In this document: positions 15,909-24,025 of the stretch, one piece after another
Position numbering within the stretch: the first letter of the stretch is position 1
Layout: every line of letters starts with the position of its first letter
Source of the DNA: Haloferax volcanii DS2
Lineage (GTDB): Archaea > Halobacteriota > Halobacteria > Halobacteriales > Haloferacaceae
DNA length: 32,000 nt
Reading direction: 5' to 3'
Assembly (NCBI RefSeq): GCF_000025685.1
Contig: NC_013966.1
Coordinates: 600,001 to 632,000 of the forward strand
Program-made: the position numbers and the translations under genes
Notes under the pieces: generated by a model
What the model was told of the DNA's origin: nothing
Seen by the model: only the letters and a program-made list of their open reading frames with translations
Database searches by the model: none

Positions 15909-17336
15909 TCACAGCGAGCCGCGGAGGACCTTCGCCGCGGTCAGAATCGGGTCCCAGACGGGGCTGAACGGCGGCGCGTAGCCGAGGTCGAGACGCTCCA
16001 CCTCGGCGACGGTCAACTCGGCGGCGAGCGCGGTCGCCACGGTGTCGATTCTGACGGCGGCGCGGTCGGCCCCGACGATGGTCCCGCCGAGCAGTCTGCC
16101 GGTGTCGCGGTCGGCGACGAGCGTGACGGTCGTCTCGGCGGAGCCGGGGTAGTAGCCTGACCGCGAGCCGGCGGTGATGGTCTCCGAGACGGGGTCGAAG
16201 CCCGCATCGCGCGCCTCGTCGAAGTCGGTCACGCCGGCGCGGCCGCATTCGAGGTCGAACGCCTTCACGACCGAGGTGTTCGCGACGGTCCCGATGGGTT
16301 CGGGGTCGCCGGCGACGGTCTGACCGATGGCGCGCCCGGCGCGGTTCGCGGGCAGGCCGAGCGTGTTCCACGTCGGCTCGCCGGTGACGACGTGGTCGAT
16401 TTCGGCGCAGTCGCCCGCGGCGTAGACGCTTTCGGCGCTCGTCCGCCCGTGGTCGTCGACCGCGATAGCGCCCGTCTCACCGAGGTCGACCGCGTCCGCG
16501 ACGAGGTCCACGTTGGGGCGGAGGCCGATGCCGACCATCGCCGCGTCGACCGCGAGGTCGCCGTCCTCGCAGACGACGGCCTCGATTCGGTCCGCGTCGT
16601 CGCCGCGGAGTCGCTCGACCGACGCGCCGAGGTGGAGCGTGACGCCGTGGGCTTCGAGATGTTCCTCGACCCGCTCGCCCACGGCGTCACCGAACGTGCC
16701 GAGGACGTGGCCGGAGCGCTGGAACAGATGTACGTCGAGGTCGTGGGCGGTGAACGCCTCCGCCATCTCGACGCCGACGAAGCCGCCGCCGACGATGGCG
16801 ACCGAGTCGGGCGGGTCCATCGCGCCGAAGCGGGCCGCGCGCGCCTCGTCGACGGAGCCGCCGCCGCCGAGGTCGGCCACCGAGGCCTCGTCCGGGTCGG
16901 TGAGGAACGACCGAATGGCCGCCGCGTCGTCCAGTCCGTGGAGCGTGAACGCGCCGTCGAGGTCGATGCCGTCTATCGGTTCGCGGAGCGCCCGCGCGCC
17001 GGTGGCGACGAGCAGGTCGCCGTAGGGCTGTTCGAACGTCCCGTCCGGTCCCTCGACCGTGACGACTCGCTCGTCGGTGTCGACGGCGACGACCTCGTGT
17101 TCGCGCCGGAGGTCGATGCCGCGGTCGGCGGCCGCCTCGGGCGACAGCGAGAGCATGTCGGTGAGCGTGTCGACCTCGCCTTTGACGAAGTAGGGCGTGC
17201 CGCAGTGGGCGTAGGAGACCCAGCGGCCCTTCTCGAAGACGACGACCTCGCGGTCGGTGTCGGCGCGGGCGAACTTGCTCGCGGCGGAGAGTCCGGCGGC
17301 GTCGCCGCCGACGACGACGAATGGTTCGGCAGGCAT
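15909..17336 (-). CDS. FAD-dependent pyridine nucleotide-disulfide oxidoreductase (CoA-disulfide reductase / NADH oxidase family)
   Basis: The start is MPAEPFVVVGGDAAGLSAA at c17336. It has a single redox Cys motif (SYAHCGTPYF), a second dinucleotide fold (VAIVGGGFVGVEMAE) and GDCA. Confidence 0.85.
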   Translation of the reverse strand: MPAEPFVVVGGDAAGLSAASKFARADTDREVVVFEKGRWVSYAHCGTPYFVKGEVDTLTDMLSLSPEAAADRGIDLRREHEVVAVDTDERVVTVEGPDGTFEQPYGDLLVATGARALREPIDGIDLDGAFTLHGLDDAAAIRSFLTDPDEASVADLGGGGSVDEARAARFGAMDPPDSVAIVGGGFVGVEMAEAFTAHDLDVHLFQRSGHVLGTFGDAVGERVEEHLEAHGVTLHLGASVERLRGDDADRIEAVVCEDGDLAVDAAMVGIGLRPNVDLVADAVDLGETGAIAVDDHGRTSAESVYAAGDCAEIDHVVTGEPTWNTLGLPANRAGRAIGQTVAGDPEPIGTVANTSVVKAFDLECGRAGVTDFDEARDAGFDPVSETITAGSRSGYYPGSAETTVTLVADRDTGRLLGGTIVGADRAAVRIDTVATALAAELTVAEVERLDLGYAPPFSPVWDPILTAAKVLRGSL

Positions 17337-17446
17337 CGTGAGAGAGTGGTACGCCCGCCGACACGTAACTTCCTCGGCCGGGCGAGGCGGGCGCACGGAC
17401 GCGCCGGCGACGGTCGAGAACGAGGGGAAACGAGAGGGCCGGCCCG

Positions 17447-18805
17447 TCAGCGACCGACGCCGCCGCGTTCGGCCGCGAGCGTCCCGAGCACCCACGCGCT
17501 CACGCCGGGTGTCTCACGCGCGGCGAACTCGGCGGTCGCGTACTGCGCGAGCGCGTTTCGCGCGGCCCGAGGGTCGCCGTCCTCGTAGTAGTCGTCGCGG
17601 AAGTAGCCGTCTCCGCGGGCGACCATGTGGGCGATATCGACCAACGCGCGCCGCGTCAGGTGCGGGTTCGACCCGTCCGAACGGGCGGCTTCGAGGGCTT
17701 CGAGCGCGCCGAGTTTCGCGTCCCTGACCGCGGCCGCGGACTCGGCCGACTCGTACCGGCCTCGCTTGACCGCCGTGACGGCGTCCTCGAACGCCCGGCG
17801 GTGCGTCTCAGCGGTATGAGCGCCCACGAGCGCGGTGGCGAAGCGGTCGCTTCGGAGGCCCTCACGGGCGTCTCGAAGCCCGCGTTCGACTTCGACGAAC
17901 GTCTCCACCAGCAGGTCCTTGGCCGGCGTGGATTCGAGTTGTTCGAGGTCGAACCCCTCGCCCGCGACGACGGCTTCGAGCCCTCTCTCCTCGGGATACT
18001 CGGCCCGGCGGTCCTCGGTGACGCCGCCGAGCGAGGACGCGGTCGACGCGAACGCGTCGGTGAAGTCTATCGGGTCGGCAATCGACGCCAGATAGCGGTC
18101 GCGGACGTGGTGCGCGCCGTCGAGCGACGCTCGCGCCGACTCGACCGCGTCGAGCAGTTCACCGACTCGCGGGGCGCTGTCGGCGTAGCGGCCGTACTCG
18201 TCGGCGTTGTCGAGAGACCGGGCCGCCCCCGCGACGAGGTTCTCGACGGCCTCGTACACGACGAGCGCCCGGTCGGGGTCGTTACCGAGGTAGCGCGTGG
18301 CGCGCTGGAACGACTCGATATCCGCGCGGACCGATTCGGCCTCGTCGCGCACGTCGGCCTCGGTGAGGTCACCGACTGCGGCGTCGTAGGTTCCCTTCGC
18401 CATCGCCGCGGCCCCGCGAGCGTAGCGCAGTCCCTGAAGCGTCTCGAAGGGCGACTCGTCGGTGTCCGAGGGGGCGAGGGCCGCGGTAGCGTCTGCGTAC
18501 GCCTCGGCGTAGACGTTCCGAACGGCCTCGTTCGGAACCTCCTCCGGGGACATCGTCTCGGGGCAGGAATCGAGGAGCTCGCGGGCGCGGCCGCGGCTCT
18601 GTTCGAGGAACGAATCAGCAATCGGAGCCGGAACGCGGGCCGGGAACGCCGGCGACCCGAGTTCCATGACCTCCCGGAGCGCCGCCGGGTCGAGCGTCGG
18701 GTCATCGGAGTCAGATTCGCCCGCGTCGAGGGCGGTACAGCCCGCGAGTCCGGCGACCCCGACTCCGGCGAGCGAGGCGAGCACGTCGCGTCGCGTTCGG
18801 GACAT
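17447..18805 (-). CDS. Tat lipoprotein of unknown function (452 aa, Ala/Glu/Asp/Arg-rich, probably helical)
   Basis: The signal is MSRTRRDVLASLAGVGVAGLAGC. Composition is acidic with high GC3. I recognise no family motif. Confidence 0.75.
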   Translation of the reverse strand: MSRTRRDVLASLAGVGVAGLAGCTALDAGESDSDDPTLDPAALREVMELGSPAFPARVPAPIADSFLEQSRGRARELLDSCPETMSPEEVPNEAVRNVYAEAYADATAALAPSDTDESPFETLQGLRYARGAAAMAKGTYDAAVGDLTEADVRDEAESVRADIESFQRATRYLGNDPDRALVVYEAVENLVAGAARSLDNADEYGRYADSAPRVGELLDAVESARASLDGAHHVRDRYLASIADPIDFTDAFASTASSLGGVTEDRRAEYPEERGLEAVVAGEGFDLEQLESTPAKDLLVETFVEVERGLRDAREGLRSDRFATALVGAHTAETHRRAFEDAVTAVKRGRYESAESAAAVRDAKLGALEALEAARSDGSNPHLTRRALVDIAHMVARGDGYFRDDYYEDGDPRAARNALAQYATAEFAARETPGVSAWVLGTLAAERGGVGR

Positions 18806-18806
18806 C

Positions 18807-19418
18807 TCAGGCGTCCTCCGTCTCGGTTCGGAGCGACGACGGGATGCGGCAACTGCTTCCGCCGCCGTGGCCCCAACTCGACTCGCCCTGCGACGAGTAG
18901 GGCAGTCGGACCAGCGAGGCGACGACGTGGCGGTCGTCCACGGAGCACTCGACCGACGCAGGCCGGAGCGGGCGACAGAAGTCGAGGTCGACGACGCTGT
19001 CCGGCGGGTGCGTGACGTACAGCAGTTTCACGCGGTGGCAGGCGTCCGTCCGGTGCTGGGTGATGACGAGCGTCTGTTCGTCGAAATCCGTCTCGTCGAT
19101 GAACGCGCGGGCCTCGTCGATACCGTCGGTTTCGGCCGCGAGCGCGACGTTTTCGCGTTCCTCGTCGGTGGTGACGAGGAAGTCGTCGAGGTACAACGAC
19201 TCCGTGTCCTCGTCGTCGCGGGCGGCGTCCCGGAAGACGGCGGCCTCGGCGTCGTTGCGGAGTTGGAGGTGGTCGTAGTCGGTGACGAGCGTGTCCGGGG
19301 AGGGACCGGACGGCACGTCCGAACTGGAACTGGACCCCTCGCCGGAACACCCGGCGAGCGCGGCGACGAGCGACGCGCCGCCGGCGCGGAGGACCTGTCT
19401 GCGGGTCGGCAGGGACAT
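18807..19418 (-). CDS. Tat lipoprotein of unknown function (203 aa, 4 Cys in the mature part)
   Basis: The signal is MSLPTRRQVLRAGGASLVAALAGC. Its stop lies 1 nt from the start of the next lipoprotein gene. Confidence 0.75.
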   Translation of the reverse strand: MSLPTRRQVLRAGGASLVAALAGCSGEGSSSSSDVPSGPSPDTLVTDYDHLQLRNDAEAAVFRDAARDDEDTESLYLDDFLVTTDEERENVALAAETDGIDEARAFIDETDFDEQTLVITQHRTDACHRVKLLYVTHPPDSVVDLDFCRPLRPASVECSVDDRHVVASLVRLPYSSQGESSWGHGGGSSCRIPSSLRTETEDA

Positions 19419-19528
19419 CTATCGGTTCCCCAACCGAACGCCGGCGGTATGTGTTTTCCGATGCACTGGGTCGCCGCCGGCCGAACCGCGGGACATTTCC
19501 CCGACGGTCGCCTCGTCTCGACCGACAG

Positions 19529-20101
19529 ATGCGCGAGGACGAGTTGGCGACGCGGGTGGTCGAGCACTTCCGGGCGGCCTTCGACGACGTGGAGATTCAC
19601 CTCGAAGAGCCGTACGACCACTACGGGAACCGCGGCGTCGCCGACGTGTACGTCCGGGTGCGGACGCCCGAGCCGGTGGACTACCTCATCGAACTCAAGG
19701 CCGACGCCGCCGTCCGCCACGCCACCGGCGCGAACGAGATACTCCGCCAGTACCGCCGCATGGAGCGCTACTTCTACAAGGACGACGAGCACGCCATCCG
19801 GACGAAACTCGGCCGCGAGGGGCCGGGCGTCCACGCGCTGTTGCTGTTCGCGCCGACGAAACGCTGCGTCGAACACGTCCGGGAACACGCCGCCCTGTAC
19901 GAGTCGGTCGACCCCGACGCGACCGTCGAAGGCGTCGAGGCCGCCCGCAAAGTGGCCTTTCTGACGAACCTCGACCGCGCGCCCGAAGGCGAACTCGGTT
20001 TTCTGTCGCTCAACGGGCCGCTCGCGTTCGACTCGGTCGCCTTCCGCGAGGCCGTCCCGTCGGGGTCGCGGCTCGCGGACGCCCTCTGGGGCGACGACTA
20101 G
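19529..20101 (+). CDS. hypothetical protein with a PD-(D/E)xK nuclease-like motif arrangement
   Basis: I chose the internal ATG at 19529 (MREDELATRVVEHF...). The order is helix with Glu, then GVADVYVRV (Asp strand), then YLIELKAD (E-x-K strand), then ANEILRQYRRMERYF. This is the canonical restriction-endonuclease-fold order. Confidence 0.6.
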   Translation: MREDELATRVVEHFRAAFDDVEIHLEEPYDHYGNRGVADVYVRVRTPEPVDYLIELKADAAVRHATGANEILRQYRRMERYFYKDDEHAIRTKLGREGPGVHALLLFAPTKRCVEHVREHAALYESVDPDATVEGVEAARKVAFLTNLDRAPEGELGFLSLNGPLAFDSVAFREAVPSGSRLADALWGDD

Positions 20102-20139
20102 CGGACACGCTCATACACCCCCCGTTCGTAGGGGCTGGC

Positions 20140-20598
20140 ATGGGAACGATTCGAGAGTCGGTTCGAATCCCGTTGGGGGACCTCCGTCAGCAGGTCGCTG
20201 ACAGCTTCGGCGTCGCGGCGTCGCTCGTCGAGATACACGGCATCCGGCTCGAGGACGGGGCAATCGAAGTCGACGCGAGCTATCCCGACGGCGAGGACGT
20301 GCCGGTCGTCGAACTGTTCGTCACCGACCCCGCCGGGAACACCGAGTCCTACGTCACCGAGTTGGACGGCGCGAAGAACCTCCTCATCGCCGGCGAGGAC
20401 GTGCTCGTCGAACTCGTGGACTACGACCCCGAGCGCGGCGAGGTGTTCGTCTCGGTGAAACACCGACAGGACGGCGAGCTGGTGACCGTCCTCGGCTGCG
20501 GCGAGAAGTGGGTGATTCCGGTCGGGCGCGACGGCGTCGAGGAGTCCATCCGCTGTCGGATTCAGAGCGCCGTCGGGCCGACGGGCGACGACTCCTGA
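20140..20598 (+). CDS. hypothetical acidic protein (152 aa)
   Basis: This is the C-terminal part of track ORF 19282..20598, from the ATG at 20140 (MGTIRESVRIPLGDLRQQV...). It has high GC3 and acidic composition. It begins 38 nt after the preceding gene, and I recognise no domain. Confidence 0.6.
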   Translation: MGTIRESVRIPLGDLRQQVADSFGVAASLVEIHGIRLEDGAIEVDASYPDGEDVPVVELFVTDPAGNTESYVTELDGAKNLLIAGEDVLVELVDYDPERGEVFVSVKHRQDGELVTVLGCGEKWVIPVGRDGVEESIRCRIQSAVGPTGDDS

Positions 20599-20615
20599 CG
20601 GCGAAGCCGCCCAAG

Positions 20616-21083
20616 CTACCCCTCGTATTCGACGTAGGAGACGCAGTACCCCTCGGGATCGACTTCGCCCGCGACGATGGCGCACGCGCCCACGCCGTCC
20701 CCGTTTTTGTCCTCGATGTAGTACCGACAGGTCGAACACTGCCGGCCCTCGCTCGGTTCGTCCTGATACGAGACGGCCTCCTGCGACGAGAGGCTGTCGG
20801 GGTTGCGCTGGGTGCCGTCGAGGGACGTGGCCGTCGCGTACGCCTCGGGGACGCCCCCGGTCGAACCCGACGACTGCGTCGTCGTCGCGGTCGTCTCGGA
20901 CGGCTCGGCCCCGCCGCCGCCGGAACAGCCGGCCAATCCCGCCATCGCGGCGGTCCCGGCGAGCCAGATGAACCGTCGTCGGGTGCGGTCGGAATCGCCG
21001 GCGTCGCGGGCGTCTCGGCTCCGCATCGGTCGGGTCGCTCGCTCGCTCGCGTCTCTGCGTGGCGTCCGCTCGTCGTCTCCCAT
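20616..21083 (-). CDS. HiPIP-like (high-potential iron-sulfur protein) Tat lipoprotein
   Basis: The C-terminal four-Cys pattern is QCSTCRYY...GACAIVAGEVDPEGYCVSY. The Tat signal with lipobox is RTRRRFIWLAGTAAMAGLAGC. The start is ambiguous (ATG at c21083 or c21026). Confidence 0.65.
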   Translation of the reverse strand: MGDDERTPRRDASERATRPMRSRDARDAGDSDRTRRRFIWLAGTAAMAGLAGCSGGGGAEPSETTATTTQSSGSTGGVPEAYATATSLDGTQRNPDSLSSQEAVSYQDEPSEGRQCSTCRYYIEDKNGDGVGACAIVAGEVDPEGYCVSYVEYEG

Positions 21084-21242
21084 GCCAATCTCTGACGCGC
21101 GGCGTCGGCAAAACCCAGCCAGCCGTTTCTCGTGTGGCAAGAATTGCGGACGCGTTGATACTGTCACGCCACTAAGTGGCACGGATGCGCGAATCTGGCA
21201 GGCACGGACCGGAAAAGACGGAGACGGTCAGCCTCCCGCGTC

Positions 21243-23930
21243 TCACTCGTCGGGCCGAATCCGGGCGAGTCGCATCGCGTTGCCCGTCACGCCCATGGTC
21301 ATCCCGGCGTCGCCCGCGAGGACCGCGAGCGCGACCGAGACGTAGCCGAAGGGGACGCCGACCGCGAGGACGGCCTTGATGGCGAGCGACGCCCAGATGT
21401 TCTGCCGGATGACGCCGTTGGCCCGGTGGGACAGTTCGTAGAGGTACGGGAGCTTCGAGAGGTCGTCAGCCATGAGGGCGATATCGGCCGTTTCGAGGGC
21501 GGTGTCGGTTCCGGCCGCGCCCATGGCGACGCCGACCGTGGCAGTGGCGAGCGCCGGGGCGTCGTTGATGCCGTCACCGACCATGGCGACCGAGCCATAC
21601 TCGTCGAGCAGTCCCTCGACGGCGGCGGCCTTGTCCTCCGGGAGGAGGCCCGCGCGGAAGTCGTCGACGCCGACCTGCTCGGCGATGGCGCGGGCGGTCC
21701 CCTCGTTGTCGCCGGTGAGCATGACGACCGAGAGGCCGGCCTCGCGGAGCTTTGCGACCGTCTCGCGGGCGTCGGGCCGGACCTCGTCAGCGACGGCGAC
21801 GACGCCTTCGAGGTCGTCTTCGGTCCCGACGACGACGACCGTCTTGCCCTCGGACTGGAGGCGCGGAATCGTGTCCTCGACGAGGTTGAGACAGCCGTGG
21901 CGGTCACAGAGCTGTCGGACCTCCGCGGAGAGCGCCTCGCCGGGGCCGGTGACGTGGACGTGTTCGAGGTCGAAGCCGAGTTCCTCGAAGAAGCCGGGTT
22001 TGCCGGCGAAGTGCGGGACGCCGTCGAGGTCGGCGCGGACGCCCTTGCCGGTGACGCTCTCGAAGTCGTCGACCTCGCGGGCGGCGACGCCCGTGCCCTC
22101 GGCGTGGGAGACGATGGCCTCGCCGATGGGGTGTTCGCTCCGGGCTTCGAGGCCGCGGGCGCACCGAAGCACGTCCTCTTCGGAGTTCCCGTTGAGCGGG
22201 ACCACGTCGGTGACGGTGAGTTCGCCCTTCGTGAGCGTGCCCGTCTTGTCCACGGCGACGGCCTCGACCGAGCCCATCGCTTCGAGGTGCGTGCCGCCCT
22301 TGATGAGCACGCCGTTTTTCGCGGCCGACGTGATGCCCGAGACGACAGAGACGGGCGTCGAGATGACGAACGCGCAGGGGCAGGCGAGCACGAGCATCGT
22401 GATGCCGTAGACGAACCACGTCACCCAGTCGAGGCCGAACGCGATGGGCGGAATCGCCGCGACCGCGACCGCGACGACGACCATGAGGGGCGTGTAGTAC
22501 GACGAGAAGCGCTCGACGAACTGCTCGCGTTCGGTCTTGTTGGCCTGCGCGTCTTCGACCATCGAGACGATGCGCGAGAGGGTGTCGTCGCCCGCGGCGG
22601 AGTCGACGCGGACTTCGAGGTAGCCCGCCTCGTTGACGGTGCCCGCGAACACCTCGTCGCCCTCGGCCTTGTCGACCGGGACGGACTCGCCGGTGATGGG
22701 GGCCTGATTGACCGCGCTGTCGCCTTCGACTACCGTCCCGTCGACGGGAATCTTCTCGCCGGGTTTGACGGCGACCACGTCGCCGACGACGAGTTCCTCG
22801 ACGGGGACGACCGTCTCGACGCCGTCTCGGAGGACCGTCGCCTCGTCGGGCGAGAGGTCCATCAGCTCTCGGAGGGAGTCGCGCGTGCGGTCCATCGAGT
22901 AGCGTTCGAGCAGTTCGGAGACGCTAAAGAGGAACGCGAGCGTCGCCGCCTCGAAGTAGAGGCTCGTCGGCCCGGAGATGAGGCTGGCGGCCACGGCGCT
23001 GAGAATCGCCGTCGACATCAGGAAGTCGATGTCGAGACTGCGGTTCTTCGCGGAGTAGTAGCCGTTGCGGAGGATGGCCTGCCCGCCGACCGCGGCCCCG
23101 AGGACGTACAGCAGTTCGGCGGCCGTGAACGAGACGCCGAGGACGCTGGCGACGACGAGTTCCAGCCCGAGTAGGTACTCCGCGGCGATGCCCGCCGCGA
23201 GGAAGCCGCCGCTTATCCACGTTTTCACCGCGCGCGTACTGCGCCAGACGCTCCCGCGGTCCGCGCCGGTGGTCCCGCCGTGGGAGTGAGAGTGGCCGTG
23301 GCCGTCGTCGCCGTCGACGGCGTCAGCGGCGTCGGTTCCGGTGACCTCGTAGCCGGCGGCTTCGATGGCCGAGACGACCGAATCGAGGTCCGCGTCGGCC
23401 GCGAGCGTGACGACAGCGGTTCCGGTCGTCGGGCGCGTCTCGTACGACAGCACGCCCGGCGCACCGTTGAGCGCGTTTTCGACCTTTCCGGCGCAGGAGG
23501 CGCAGTCCATGTCCGGAACGGTGAACGAGACCTCGCGGGTCGAGGGGCCGTCTTCGACGGCGTAGCCCGCGCCCTCGATGTTGCCCCGGATGTCGTCGGG
23601 CGTGGTCCGGTCGGCGTCGTACTCGACGACGAGTCGGCCGGTCGTCGCCCGCGGGTCGATGTCGCCGACGCCGTCGAGTTTCCGGACGCTGGACTCGACC
23701 TTGTTCGCACAGGAGGCGCAGTCCATATCCGGCACGGAGAACTCCGCGCGGGTCGAATCAGCGGGCCCACCGGCGGAGTCGTCGCCCCCGGTCTCGCCGG
23801 CCGCCCCCGACTCCGACGCACCCTCGACCCCGCAGGCGTCGTCGCACCCGCACCCGTCGTCATCTGGCGGGTTAGTGGACGCGTCCGCCTCGTCGTCGGG
23901 GGCGGGCTTGCGTCCGTCGTGTTCGCTCAT
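21243..23930 (-). CDS. zntA: heavy-metal P1B-type ATPase, Zn2+/Cd2+/Pb2+ (P1B-2, ZntA/CadA-like) subtype
   Basis: The 895-aa ORF has two HMA domains (MDCASCANKVE, MDCASCAGKVE), an N-terminal CGCDDACG cluster and a His-rich linker (GHGHSHSHGG). TM6 reads CPCAFVISTP, and DKTGTLT, SEHPIG and GDGINDAP are present. TM7 has a Lys (SLAIKAV) and TM8 reads LAGDAGMTMGVTGNAMRL, an Asp type like ZntA rather than the MxxSS type of CopA. Confidence 0.9.
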   Translation of the reverse strand: MSEHDGRKPAPDDEADASTNPPDDDGCGCDDACGVEGASESGAAGETGGDDSAGGPADSTRAEFSVPDMDCASCANKVESSVRKLDGVGDIDPRATTGRLVVEYDADRTTPDDIRGNIEGAGYAVEDGPSTREVSFTVPDMDCASCAGKVENALNGAPGVLSYETRPTTGTAVVTLAADADLDSVVSAIEAAGYEVTGTDAADAVDGDDGHGHSHSHGGTTGADRGSVWRSTRAVKTWISGGFLAAGIAAEYLLGLELVVASVLGVSFTAAELLYVLGAAVGGQAILRNGYYSAKNRSLDIDFLMSTAILSAVAASLISGPTSLYFEAATLAFLFSVSELLERYSMDRTRDSLRELMDLSPDEATVLRDGVETVVPVEELVVGDVVAVKPGEKIPVDGTVVEGDSAVNQAPITGESVPVDKAEGDEVFAGTVNEAGYLEVRVDSAAGDDTLSRIVSMVEDAQANKTEREQFVERFSSYYTPLMVVVAVAVAAIPPIAFGLDWVTWFVYGITMLVLACPCAFVISTPVSVVSGITSAAKNGVLIKGGTHLEAMGSVEAVAVDKTGTLTKGELTVTDVVPLNGNSEEDVLRCARGLEARSEHPIGEAIVSHAEGTGVAAREVDDFESVTGKGVRADLDGVPHFAGKPGFFEELGFDLEHVHVTGPGEALSAEVRQLCDRHGCLNLVEDTIPRLQSEGKTVVVVGTEDDLEGVVAVADEVRPDARETVAKLREAGLSVVMLTGDNEGTARAIAEQVGVDDFRAGLLPEDKAAAVEGLLDEYGSVAMVGDGINDAPALATATVGVAMGAAGTDTALETADIALMADDLSKLPYLYELSHRANGVIRQNIWASLAIKAVLAVGVPFGYVSVALAVLAGDAGMTMGVTGNAMRLARIRPDE

Positions 23931-23948
23931 ACTCGGCAGTAGTCAGGG

Positions 23949-23969
23949 ACAGGTTAATAATTCACCTGT
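23949..23969 (-). promoter_or_regulatory. 21-bp near-palindrome overlapping the putative TATA box of the P-type ATPase gene
   Basis: The sequence is ACAGGTtaataattcACCTGT, with perfect 6-bp arms. The TTATTAA core lies about 25-31 nt upstream of the ATG at c23930. Confidence 0.5.
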
Positions 23970-24025
23970 TAGAAAACGGGGTTTAGATATTGTAACTTCA
24001 CAAATTGAAGCCAGTTAGTTAATAA

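Noticed and set aside
19282-20139. The N-terminal 286 codons of track ORF 19282-20598, and the 26-codon extension of ORF 19451-20101.
   Set aside because: These stretches are Arg/Pro-rich and out of frame with the PD-(D/E)xK-like gene they overlap. Coding-like acidic composition begins only at the ATG at 20140 and the ATG at 19529 respectively.
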